A stretch of 47,838 nucleotides of DNA from Dimargaris cristalligena (taxonomy: Eukaryota): the NCBI GenBank assembly GCA_003614675.1, contig ML002285.1, positions 1-47,838 of the forward strand, given 5' to 3'. The notes beneath the pieces are model-generated. The model had not been told where the DNA came from. It worked only from the letters and a program-made list of their open reading frames with translations, and did not search any database. The translations under genes were made by a program, and so were the position numbers. Shown in pieces: positions 1-11,472 of this stretch (positions are counted from its first letter, which is position 1; each line of letters starts with the position of its first letter).

Positions 1-2290
1 AAGTAGAAAGGAAAAATTTTCGTGCGAAAATTGTTTTCTCTATCTTTCTCCTTCTTTTATTCCTTCCTACCATCCGACCCTATTAGGTTATTCTATTTTT
101 ACTATCAAAATTTGTCTCTGCCGTGTTCTTTACACATGTGCACGACGACCTTTCGGTTATTATAGACCGTGGACTTGTCCATTGTGCGAAATAAGTATCG
201 CCAATAAATAACAAAACGTCGACGGCATCTATTAACGATAATAGTACACACTGGTAGGTCCAACTACCCACCCATGTAATCCCCAACCTTTGTTCTTTGG
301 GGAAATCTAGCGACTTGGAAGACCGCCACAAATGAAAAGGGGTCACATCCCCCTACTAGGCGCTCTTGGAATGGCAATCAAATAGACGGAAACATGGCTA
401 GCTGCTTCAACTAGATTTCCTTTTCAACACTAGAATTTTGACGCGGAGGAGTAAACTAAAGCCACTGACTACCTCCATCGAAGTGGCTTGGCGATCTATC
501 CTGGCCATGGTCGCGTCTTTCTGGAGGCGAGGGAAAAGCTGAAACTGGACCAACAACCGATTATTATCCAGCCAGCGAGATCATGCCTCCATTGCGCGTG
601 TATATTATTTATTTCTACTGTCAACCCATATTGACTATGGAGTATTGGGTATTGGGCTGTACTAGTGGCCATCACTTTGGGCTTCGGTCAATTATTCCCA
701 GTCCATTCCCCATTGGATGTTTTACTCGAAATAGTCTCGAATAGCTAGGCTGGTTTGGCGAATACTGTCCTCCACATAGCGCCTAATATACCGCGACGCC
801 TAAATGATCCCCCAGTCACTCCTTCACTAATACAAACTGAGATCTGAACAATAGGGAAATCGTCTCTAATTCATCGAAACCGCCTCCGATCATTGAATAT
901 ACGGCAGTCACGATTGTTTAGTAGCGAACCCTCTAACTCTGCCACTTGGCAAGAGCCACTAAATCTGATCTGATGGACGATATTCCCAATGTAATACTTT
1001 TGTAGGACTGTCACCCCCTTCCTTAGGCATTGGTCGGCCAGCCCGTTGACAGCCTATTTTACTTCAACAAAAGTAACCCCCTCGCCTAGTGACTGTCAGT
1101 ATGGATGAACACCCCTTTGCGCCCTTCGTGCCATACTTTTCCCTACCATTCCCTCATTCCTGGGCCGCCTCAGTATCTCTTTGGCTCGACTCTTGTGCGC
1201 GCATTGGTAGGGCTGAGCCCCAACCTCGATCCACTGTACAGTTATTGGCCCTTTCTAAACAACTATACAGAACTATAAGATTAATGTTGAACAGAAGAGA
1301 TGTATGTAATCGAACGAACTGCATGGTACACATCCCACTAAATGCCTCGGTTCGGTTTATATTTGGCCTAGAAAATGACAGCCTTTTGTAAAGGCTGCGG
1401 TGTGACGGACTCATGGCAACACAGCCGGTGGGACTATTGGTAACAACTCCGACCAATTTCGGTGTGCTCCCAAGGGAATATTGGGTGGAATTCGGTCTAA
1501 CTGTATAAGGGTATTAACAATAGATGTATGAGAAGATGGGCAGGGGATTCATATTTCAACTAGTAAGTTTTGTCTCGATAGATTCTTTTGTTATACGGCC
1601 TGGGTAAACTTCTCCTATATAAACTCTTTAGCTGTCTACTTATATAAGGTGGAGTCCCAATTATACACCATTCATTTTTAGATGAGTCCAGAGTCCATAG
1701 GAAATTAAGTGAACTGTGTGACCTTTACTAGTAGTCAGTTTAGATTTACCTGTGGAAGTATCCCCAGCTGGTATCTTTATCTACAAGTTCCCTATGTAAA
1801 TAGGAAGATGCTAAACTACTGAGAATTTAGATCTTAGTGATGCTCTATAATAGGTGTAAAATTAATTAATTGAATGGATTAAATCCATTTAACCATAAGA
1901 CTGTAATATTAAGTATAGTGTAGAATGGAGAGCTGGAACTTTGTATTTAATAACGCCTATGCGTGATTCAACAAAGTAAATTGATTGAACCAAAATACCT
2001 TTCATTTGACCCTTTCCTGTAGTACATCTTTATTTTTATTACTTGCTGCTGTACACATTTACTGATTTGCTTAAACTATAATCACATTTAAAAAATGGCC
2101 AACTTTCATCCGGGATCTTATCCGGTGGCATTGGAATTCTCGCATAGAATGCCTAAATAAGCGTGGCATTCGTAAAGTAGAGAAGTTTATTACTTAACAT
2201 GCCGCTTCGACCTCGATAAGGAATACAGTGGCCACGACAAGCAATGCCCACTCAAGATGAATGACACAAAAAAAATATTCAAACATCGGA

Positions 2291-3850
2291 TTAGGACGGT
2301 AGGTCCTCCCGCAGGGCCTCGGTGAGTAACTTATCAATACAGTAGAGTTCAGCTACCGGAACCGGAGCCTCTATATATTTAAGGTTAACCTGGGTGGGTG
2401 GGGGGACCATTGGACATGTGGTAGGTTCAGACGTCTTCGCATGGCCACTGGTGTCGGTGTGAGAAGTAGCATCCGGGTCGGTCGAAAAATGGGTCGGGGG
2501 GATAAAAGAGTATGAATGTGATAAGGGTTGGTTTAGTATGGTACATGGCACGGTGAAGGCCGGCGGAAATGGTTTGGACTGGCCACTGGTGACGAGGTTG
2601 TGATACCGCTGGAAGATACTCTGGGCCCCAGCGCTTAATTTCAGGACTTTTTTAAGCTTAGGTTCCGGTGGCGGGGCGGAAGTCGATTCGGTGGTCGCTC
2701 CGCTGGTCGAAGGCGGGGGATGTTGGGGAACCGTCTGAGATGGGTTCAAAACGGGTCCAATTACGTCGGACTTGGAGCCATTGGTTGTCCCCAGCGGTGG
2801 CTCAGTGCCAGCTGGGATAATGTCCGAATCGGCAGGATACTGGTACAAATGAAACGGAAGTAAGTTTTGGATAGCGTCGTCCAAGGACGAGAAAGGCGAC
2901 TCGACATTAAGGGCCAGTAGGCGACTGAGGTCACGGGTGTAAGCCAGCCGCATTTGCCGGATCGTCTTTTCCCGGTGATTAAGCACGGCGCTGGGCAATT
3001 TGACCGGATAGGGGGTACTGAACACGGGGGTCTTGGATTTGCGGGGTTTCGGTTTCCGGGCCCGGCATTCCCGCCGGTAGGCCAAGACGCGTTCCTGGGT
3101 AGTGTAAGGGGGATCCCTCCGCACGGGGCTTCCTTCGGCCGTGGAGGGGTGGTCACTTGGGTTCGCCTCGGTAGCTCGGGAGAGGGTAAATTGGTCGATG
3201 AGTTGGGTCAGGGGGGCCACCTGCTGCCAGTAACTGGCATCGGGAATGGGGTCCGACGGCGGGGCGGGGGCCAGGGATTTACGTTGGGCAGACACTTTGC
3301 GATTGGTAAGTGGGGTGGACGATTCGGTCTGGGTGGTGGATTTTCGAATGGGGACAGGGGCCTGGCTCCGCGAGTGTAGCCGCCGGCGAATACCGGGTGG
3401 GGTGGCCTGCCGGGCAGCGAGAGATGGCGGCGGTTTATCGGGATTGTGCTTGGATTGGGATTGGATAGGAGGGCCGTCGTCCGTGGGACGCAGCGCCGGG
3501 GAACTGTGGAGTCGTTTACGGGGGTTCGATTTGGCCCCCAATGGGGACGAATGACTCACGGATAGAGCGGGAAGAACCCGCTGCAGAGGTGTGGAGTTGC
3601 CCTCGGGTACAGCCTGATTACCCTCCATGGCCTGTTCGGCCTGTAGGGCGGCTTTGAGCTTCTTCAGTTCGCTGGGATCCCGGCAGTGCATAATGGCATA
3701 TTGGAGGGTATCCGAATTCCGGGGGGTGGCAGGTGGGTTTGACCCCGACCCAACCATTGACGAGTTTTTCGAGGTGGAGGTGGTCAGACCCCCGGCCGCC
3801 GATGCTGAAGGTAACGACGGGGCCCCTCCCTGTGGCGTACCACCACCACC

Positions 3851-3884
<34 letters not shown>

Positions 3885-4393
3885 GCTGGGGGAGGCGTAA
3901 CGGCCCGGGACGACGGGCTGTCTTGGGGAAAGCGGTGGGCGATTTGGGAGGCCAGGATAGAGGCCAAGGACCCTGAGGCGGGACTCGGTTGGGCTTGGGA
4001 CGGGGGAGGTGGGGTGGCGGGGGGATTGGAGGCGGCGTGGAGTTTTTTGAGTTGCTCGATAACCGACTGGCGAATATGGGGCGGTAAACTTGAGACGGAC
4101 GCATTGTCGGCCAATTTGTAGATGGTTTGGTTGCCACGCTGGACCACGGCCACTGTGACTCCTTCAATGACAATGGTTTTCTGAATCTTTTCCTTGGGAG
4201 TTGCCATGGGGGCGGATGCGGTTCGGGCGACGGCAACTGGGGTCATGGCCGACGGCTGTGGAGCTGGTGTGGTAGTTGTTGGTGTTGGTTTTGCTGTTGG
4301 TGTTGTTGTTTCTGCTGCTGCTGCTGTTAGTGGCGGCTTGGTAGGGTCCATAGCCGGAGACTTAGCGGCTGGTTGAGAAGTGGCTGTCGTCAT
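2291..4393 (-). CDS. GLTSCR1/BICRA-domain protein (putative ncBAF/SWI-SNF subunit), largely low-complexity
   Basis: 700-aa single-exon ORF rich in P/S/T. The C-terminal segment ALNVESPFSSLDDAIQNLLPFHLYQYP matches the GLTSCR1-domain signature (PF.s..DA..rLLP[YF]H[VL]) from recall. No HMM was run. Confidence 0.7.
3839..3884 (-). repeat. Coding compound trinucleotide microsatellite (ACC)n(ACT)n encoding poly-Ser/poly-Gly
   Basis: caccaccacc...ctactactac is seen directly and translates to SSSSSSSSGGGGGGGG on the minus strand. Confidence 0.9.
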
Positions 4394-5432
4394 TCAACCT
4401 AGTCGACGGTGGGTTAATGCGATAGGAGGGGAATAGGTTATGAGGGTGTGCCACTACAGGCAGTTTTTTAAAGAGGGCAAGTATCCCCAGCCAATGGCGG
4501 GAGGGAGAGTAGGTTGGCTAGAAATGCTAAAGTTGAAGGGAATAACGGTACCACCACGATAAACAAGGTCCCTAAAACAGCCAGCGGCGCTTGAATCTGG
4601 GAGTCTCGTTGGGTGGGCAAAAAGGGCGCGGTAGCAGCCTAAAGAGTCGGCCGCGAACACGTTGAAATATAAGCAGATGAGTTTGGCAATTCTAACCAAG
4701 AACCGAAACAAATAGTAGTCAATTGAGAAGCCGGCGCCAAAAGCGGAATGCGTGAATACTGTGGAAGCGTGTCGTCGTCGTGTGGTTAATAATAAGCTCA
4801 GCGTTAGATATATTTATTCAAGAGGTCTACTACATGCTATTGAATGGGGTTGGCGCTTTTTTCCTTCTGGAGAAGGAGGGGGAGCTCTCTGCCCTTCCTT
4901 ACCAAGCTGGAGATGCAGCCGCAAATGGTCTAATAAATTACCCCATTTCCTCAAAAATTTATCCCGCCAATATACGGGAAGAGGGGGGTGGTCATTAAGT
5001 CATGTGATCTTAAGTAGCACTTGGCATATAGCCTAAGGCAAATGATTAGATAGGGAGGAGAAGGAGGCTCTCACCACGCTAACTATAACCAGTGTGGTAG
5101 GTTGATTGAAAAAAAAAACAAGGGGAGGAGAATAGTAGCTCCAGCACCCCATAGCATTGACACTATTGAGACTATCGAATACCCAAGTAATAAATACTGT
5201 GCAGTATAGTGCTAGTCGGGTTTTTTTCGAGCGATTTTTCGAACTGGTATCACTAGCAAAATTAAACTCAAAGTGGCTTTCGCTTCGTCACCGTACACTT
5301 TCCTGCACTACTGCCCATTGGTCTGGTCCACTTTCCCTTCCGCTCATTCATACCTTTTTTATAAGCAGCACCCCCCTCACCGTATATACGACACACACAC
5401 ACCTATTCCCCCACTACCCGTTAAGCGTCACT

Positions 5433-7064
5433 ATGATTTCCGCATTGGCCTGGATTCAAAAAGGGGTGGCCAAGCCCAAGCCCCTCCGCTATGAAATGAA
5501 CGAGAGTGAATACGAACGGATACAGAGCCTCGTCAACGACGAACTCGAGGCCGCCAAACAGGACGCCGCCGAGGCCAAGCAAAAGGCCAAGACTATCGCC
5601 GCGGCTGCTCCCAAGGCCCAGACCATCGAGGAGCTCGAGCCCGAACTGGCCAAATACAACCTGGACGACTACGACGATACCCCTGAAGTCCAAGCCGGTG
5701 ATGGTGATGATAATGGCGACGACGATATTGACGGCCTGGGGGCCGGCAATGTTTCCTCGTTATTCAGTAGAATGAAGGACCTAACCGACCAGGTAGGCGA
5801 CGACGAGTATTTAAAGCCCAAGGATGGCGACTCGGATTCTGAGGATGATGAGTACGACATTTTACCCACCGATAACGTCCTGCTGGCCGCCCGGACGGAG
5901 GAGAATATCAGTCAGCTGGAGATGTGCGTTTACGAAGAACAGGAAAGCAACATGTACGTCCACCACGATTTCATGCTGCCCGCCTTCCCGCTCTGCGTCG
6001 AACCCCTCGACTTTGACGTCCGTAATCCGGCCAACGATGCCGCCACCGCTAATTTCGTAGCCATTGGTACGTTTGACCCGTTCATTGAAATCTGGAACCT
6101 GGATCTGCTGGACTGCATGTTCCCCGATGTCGTGCTGGGCCAACAAACCGCCGACGGTAAAATGCGGGCCAAGGACCGGTCCGTCATCAAGGGGAGCCAG
6201 CGCAAGGAATTCCACACCGACGCCATTATGGGTCTGTCGTGGAACCGGAGCCACCGTAATCTGTTGGCCAGTTCCTCGGCGGACCGGACCGTCAAGCTGT
6301 GGGATCTCCGGACCGCCCAGTGCGCGGCCTCCTACGACCACCACTTGGATAAGGTCCAGGCGGTCGAGTGGAACCCGGCCGAAACGACCGTCTTGGCCAC
6401 CGGCGGGTACGATCGCCGGGTGACCGTGTTCGACAGTCGGTCCCCGGGATCCATCATGGGCACCAGTCTCACCGGAGACGTGGAATGTCTCCGCTGGGAT
6501 CCCCATTCCCCGCAGTGCCTGTACGTGACCTCCGACGACGGTATCGTTACTTACCTGGATGTCCGGAACCTATCGTCCGCCTCGGTCGATGCGATCCAGA
6601 CCCTCCCCCAGGCCCCGGCCCTCTACCGGATCCACGCCCACGACGATGCCGTCAGCGGGTTTGACGTCCACCCCCACGTTCCCGGCTGCATCGTGACCGG
6701 TTCCAATGACCAGAAAATTAAGTTCTGGAACATCGGTAGTGACCTGCGCCCCAGTATGGTGTTGAGCCGGAACCTCGGAGTCGGGAAGGTCTTCAGTCTC
6801 GCCTTCTGCCCCGACTCCCCCTTCCACCTGGCTGCCGCCGGTTCTGAGGGTAAGGCCCTGGTTTGGAATACCTACAATAACCGGAGTATCCGCGAAACGT
6901 TCGGTCCCCGCTTTAAGGGCCCGACTACCCCGGCCGTCTCGGCGAACGATAATCCCGTAGGCGTACAGCACAATGCCGATAGCGACGAAGAGGAGAACAA
7001 GGACGGCCTCGATCAAGTCGGCGCGGGCAGTTTTGCCATGGATGAAGACGAGGATTCGGACTAA
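5433..7064 (+). CDS. PWP1: Periodic tryptophan protein 1 (WD40 rRNA-processing factor)
   Basis: Start reassigned to the ATG at 5433 (MISALAWIQKGVAK, typical Pwp1 N-terminus). Contains LAKYNLDDYDD, an acidic region, NMYVHHDFMLPAFPLCVE, AIGTFDPFIEIWNLD and WD repeats (HTDAIMGLSWN, LASSSADRTVKLWDL). Confidence 0.95.
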   Translation: MISALAWIQKGVAKPKPLRYEMNESEYERIQSLVNDELEAAKQDAAEAKQKAKTIAAAAPKAQTIEELEPELAKYNLDDYDDTPEVQAGDGDDNGDDDIDGLGAGNVSSLFSRMKDLTDQVGDDEYLKPKDGDSDSEDDEYDILPTDNVLLAARTEENISQLEMCVYEEQESNMYVHHDFMLPAFPLCVEPLDFDVRNPANDAATANFVAIGTFDPFIEIWNLDLLDCMFPDVVLGQQTADGKMRAKDRSVIKGSQRKEFHTDAIMGLSWNRSHRNLLASSSADRTVKLWDLRTAQCAASYDHHLDKVQAVEWNPAETTVLATGGYDRRVTVFDSRSPGSIMGTSLTGDVECLRWDPHSPQCLYVTSDDGIVTYLDVRNLSSASVDAIQTLPQAPALYRIHAHDDAVSGFDVHPHVPGCIVTGSNDQKIKFWNIGSDLRPSMVLSRNLGVGKVFSLAFCPDSPFHLAAAGSEGKALVWNTYNNRSIRETFGPRFKGPTTPAVSANDNPVGVQHNADSDEEENKDGLDQVGAGSFAMDEDEDSD

Positions 7065-7452
7065 AGCGCGAGGAAGAGAGAGGGATATTACTTTACTAAC
7101 TACGCCCATTTGGGGCATCAATCTATCTGCTACATCGTGTCTTTTTTTATACCGAAGAAGAAAAAGTAATTGTTGGCCACTCGTATTAAAATAAATCATA
7201 TATAGTCTTACTGTTTCCATCCGTCTAGCTTAATTCGAGCCATATTAAATCAAATGCGAGTTTATACTATGCGGATATTAGGACAAAATATATTATACGC
7301 CATTCCACATTTATTTATTTATATTAAAAAAATACGATAGGTAGTGTAACAAACTACCGCAATTCTCAACCACATTAATTATTTATCGAATTGAGACTAT
7401 ACTTAGTTTGACACGTTAATTCACAGTCCAGAAAATTAAAAACAGGCCGAGG

Positions 7453-10136
7453 CTAGACCCGGATAATATCCACCCGAGTGCGTCCGCATACGCCCATGGG
7501 TAGCAAGCCGCCTTCCAGCGTAGCATCCGGAATAGGATGCAGGGTCATTTTCACGTACGTGCCCCCGATTTGTTTTTTCGTTAGCTGGCTGGTATTGACA
7601 CATAACACCTGGTCCACTTCCTTCGCAAAAGGGTTCAGTTGGGACCCCAACAGGAGTACGTCGGGTGCTTCGGTCAGTCGCAGCGTCGATTCATAGTGCT
7701 GTACTTGGAGGTTGAGGTCAAGGGCGGCGGGCGGCACCACGGGGTAAAGACTACGTTGATCCAGGAGGTGTTTGGCCAACCGGCCGAGTCGGTCGGTTCG
7801 GAGGGGCGCCCGCGCGATTTCTTCGGCCCCGAGGTGGAACAGGACGTCCGCGTTCGAAATGACCACGTTGATTTCGTTGAGGCGGAGGCGGGCGGGGTTG
7901 GACACGCATACCACGTGCGACGGGAGGGCTCCCAGGGAAGTAAACGAAGTCGCCGAGGCGGCGACGCCCCCGCCCTGACTTGGCAGTGAACCGGGCGCGG
8001 AATGACTGTGCGCAGCATGGGCGTAATCAAAGGCGGGCTGGGGAAAGGTCAAGTACGGGTGGAGAAGGTCCCGGGGACTGGGGACCAACACAATCCGGGG
8101 GGGCGGGTAAGCTCCCTGACTGGAGCCTAGTAGACCGCCCCCTCCCTCGGTGGCCCGGCCGCGGAGGAAATTAGGCAGAATGTGACTTTGGAACAACCCA
8201 GCGGGCGTATCGTCTAAATCCCCGTCGACCACCAACGGGTGGTTGTGGTCGATGAATGGGCCCTGGAGTATGACCACATCCGGTCGATCGCGCCGCACGG
8301 CGGTAAAGAAGTCCGCCAGGGGTTCGAAATCCAGATTATCGTCTAGAGTGAACGGGCCCGTGGCGGCCATCACCACCAACGGCCGGTCCATACGCGCGGC
8401 CTGGTAGGCCTGAATGTCCGGAGCGGGCACCGATTTGACCCACGTTAGCGGGGGCAGCGTCAACTGACGGGTGACGGCGAACGTTTCCCCGGTGGCATTG
8501 ACCCCCTCCAGCGCGACGAGTTGACCGGGGAAAAACGCCAACGACGGCAATTGGTCCAACGCCAAACGCGTCCGGGATCCACCCCCCGTCGCCCGCGACG
8601 CCTCTAAAACCACCGATCGGTCATTCAGTTTCGCTTCGGATTCGCTACAGATTCGCCCGACCACAATAACGGGGGCCTGGCTACACCGCGCCGGGTCACT
8701 CAATCCGTCGAAGGGAATAGCGTGGGCCGTTTGGATTTCTTCGGCGTACCAATCGATCATTTGGTCCAGCACCGCAGCCCGGTGGCGGAGTTTTTGGTGC
8801 ATGTAGCGGAACGGGCCTACCTGGCCCGAAAGGGGTACATCCAGCTCAAAGGGCATAGCGGGGTCGTCGAGAGTGAGGTAGACCGCGGCTAAGTGGTTGT
8901 TGAAGGTGTCTTCGCATTTACCACGGTTCACCCGCTCCATAAAGCGCTTGGACTGGGGAGAAGGCCTAATCAGTTAATAAGATATAGTCAGCAAAAGCAG
9001 TAGAAGAAGTTTAGGCAATTTTAATTGAGGAGACTAAGCTTACTACCATATACTTCAAGCGACACACAGAGCCAGGCCACGGCAGGTTCTGGATTACTAA
9101 AGTCTTGATTATGTTAATGATAAACCTATGCTTCAGGCCCAATCCAACTCAAGAGCAGGTTCTCGCTAGCCTGTGTATAATAACACCACCTGTACCAAAA
9201 AAAAAACTTACATGGACGGGAACGCGGAGCCGTTAGCGGAGTAAGCATCGCTGCCTATCCCGCGATTCTTATTCGACGGGGTCCGCATATGCGGCGGCAG
9301 ATGCCCACTCCCCAAAAAATCCGCGGTACGGGATCCGCGCTGGGGAGTTTTAGGAGAGGCAGCCAACTGGGAGATTACCGAGTCAATACTATTATGGTCG
9401 TACACCATTCGATTGGCGATACCCGCCCGGTTCGGTCGTACAGCCGACGACGACGAAGACATTGTTAGTTTGCTGGTCGAGTTTAGCCCCGCACTACCCC
9501 GGACCCTATAGGCACCCTTCCGCTCGGGGGTGCCCGCCATAATAGCCTGCGAGCCCTGTTTCTCTAAATTACGCATCACATGGGTGCGGAAACGGACGAG
9601 GTATTCCGCTTCCGGGCGGATGCGGCCGTTGGCTGTGTAGGTGGGCAGGTCTTCGGCCTTGATCCGACTTTCCTGCTGCATGGCGTAGGCGTCCCATTTG
9701 TAAAAGAGGTCCTCGGCGCTGATATTAAGGGAATTGCAGAGGGACTGGACTATTGGGTGAAGGTATATTGGAAGGTATCATTAATATTTTTATAGGGATA
9801 GCCATCGTGAGTTGGAGGGGACGAGATAGCAGAATAGCGAAGGAGGGCGGAATCGGTTGGCTGTACTTTTATAAATTATTTGTGTTCGGGTTCGAAGAAG
9901 CAATATCAACAAACCGGGCTTTGGCTGGCTCCTGTCAAAGTGAACTCTGGTGATATGGCGAGTGGTGGGCATACTGGAATGGGTAAATAAGCCCAAAGCA
10001 TCCCCGCTTTTCGTAAATAAAGCTGGGTGGACTTACATTCAACAATGGTTTTGTCAAGACCGTCTACGAGATCCCCAAAGGCCTCGGTAATGTTATCGGG
10101 GGTAACGTGGAGTGGCTGTGACATTTGGGACAACAT
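7453..10136 (-). CDS. POL12: DNA polymerase alpha-primase B subunit; exons 10136-10037, 9749-9212, 8965-7453 (716 aa)
   Basis: GTAAGT donors at 10036 and 9211 and TAG acceptors keep the frame. N-terminal QSLCNSLNISAEDLFYKWDAY, a linker with S/T-P sites, OB-fold VVGRICSESEAKLN...FFPGQLVALEGVNATG and inactive phosphoesterase GPFTLDDNL/PDVVILQGPFID. Alternative start at 10124. Confidence 0.93.
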
Positions 10137-11472
10137 AGTCGCTAGAGCCCTTCGAACGAGTGGAGGTGGGGCAAAACTAGTGGAAGTAGACAACGAAGAG
10201 TTGGGGTATGGTAGTAGATCGTTACAGCGGCTTCGGAATAGTCCAAAATAAGAATGTAAGTAAAACCCCCTTTTTGGGTTGAGTAAAAGACGCGCAGTTC
10301 GGTCCTTTAGTCTACTACGCCCAAGACTTGAACCAGTCCACAGGCGGCCTGTTCGCCGCGTCGACTTGAGTGCAGGCTTGGGGGAAGTCAATTAGGTGCA
10401 TTTATGACTAGCGGGCGATGATTCGCCCTTGGGAAAACTTTGAGCTACTTTGTCCTACTTGCTTACATTGCAGCCTATTCTCCAAAGCAATCCCGCCCTC
10501 CCCTCTATCCATAACAACAACCCACACATCCACCAATTGGCAGGGATTACTCAATTACAACAATAATATCCTGTGAAAATGTCCCACCACGGGAAATAAA
10601 TCGTAGCCTTGGGAAGATGGCGGTCCCATTCCAACAAAGGGTTATCATATAGATAATTTATAAATACTGTTATGCTCAGGCCAGGTGGGACTAGATAACT
10701 ACCATGTTACTAACTAGGGCACTATTTAAACAGAAAGGAATCATGTTATTAAAATGGAGATGGTCCAGAACGACATGCCCTATCTCTTATTATATATCCC
10801 GAGGTTTACCTACTCGGTCGATTGGACCCGTGGCTGCAATAGGATGGGCAAAAGTGCCTCGTCACTTAATATTTAGACTAAAATTTATTACTAACCGCAA
10901 GTAAGATGTATTAGAGACAGAATAATAGAATATGCCATTGTTTTATAAATACATGCACAGGGATTACTAAGCATATAAGCGCAAGCATCGGGCATTCACC
11001 AACGATTAGCGAGCGAAAATTGAAGGAGCGCTATTATCCACATCAATGGGTTATGAAGGAAGAGACAGAAAGAGGGGAGAACTACTAATGAATGTACCAA
11101 ATAAAGAAAACCAAATAAACTATGTAAGGAAAGGGAAACTGTGTGTGAGAGGGGGAGTGGGATTGGAGGAAGTGACCGCTGCATCCCGCCTGCAGGGCTA
11201 AACTCAACCTAGTGAGTTCAGACTACAAGCAAAAGATGCCATTGTACCTAAAAGGCAAGCGGTATACAAAAATTTCAACAGTGTAATCGGATAACACACA
11301 GCAGAGTTCTAGAGCAACCGAAACAAACGAGTTCCAACCCCGGTGTAATTAATGTCATGCGAAAACGCTGAGTGAATTAGGAGAGGCATTATATAGTTAG
11401 ACAGTAACCCGATGACACGATTATAAAAATATAAGAGATACGGTGGTCCAATGATACTATATAAATGCCGGC

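Noticed and set aside
1401..2086. TGTGA...TCACA ends suggestive of a solo LTR
   Set aside because: There is no target-site duplication, PBS/PPT or second copy in the window, and 5-bp termini arise by chance.
5157..5432. 92-codon N-terminal extension of the PWP1 ORF from a TTG start
   Set aside because: It lacks an ATG, has promoter/UTR-like composition, and Pwp1 homology begins at the ATG at 5433.
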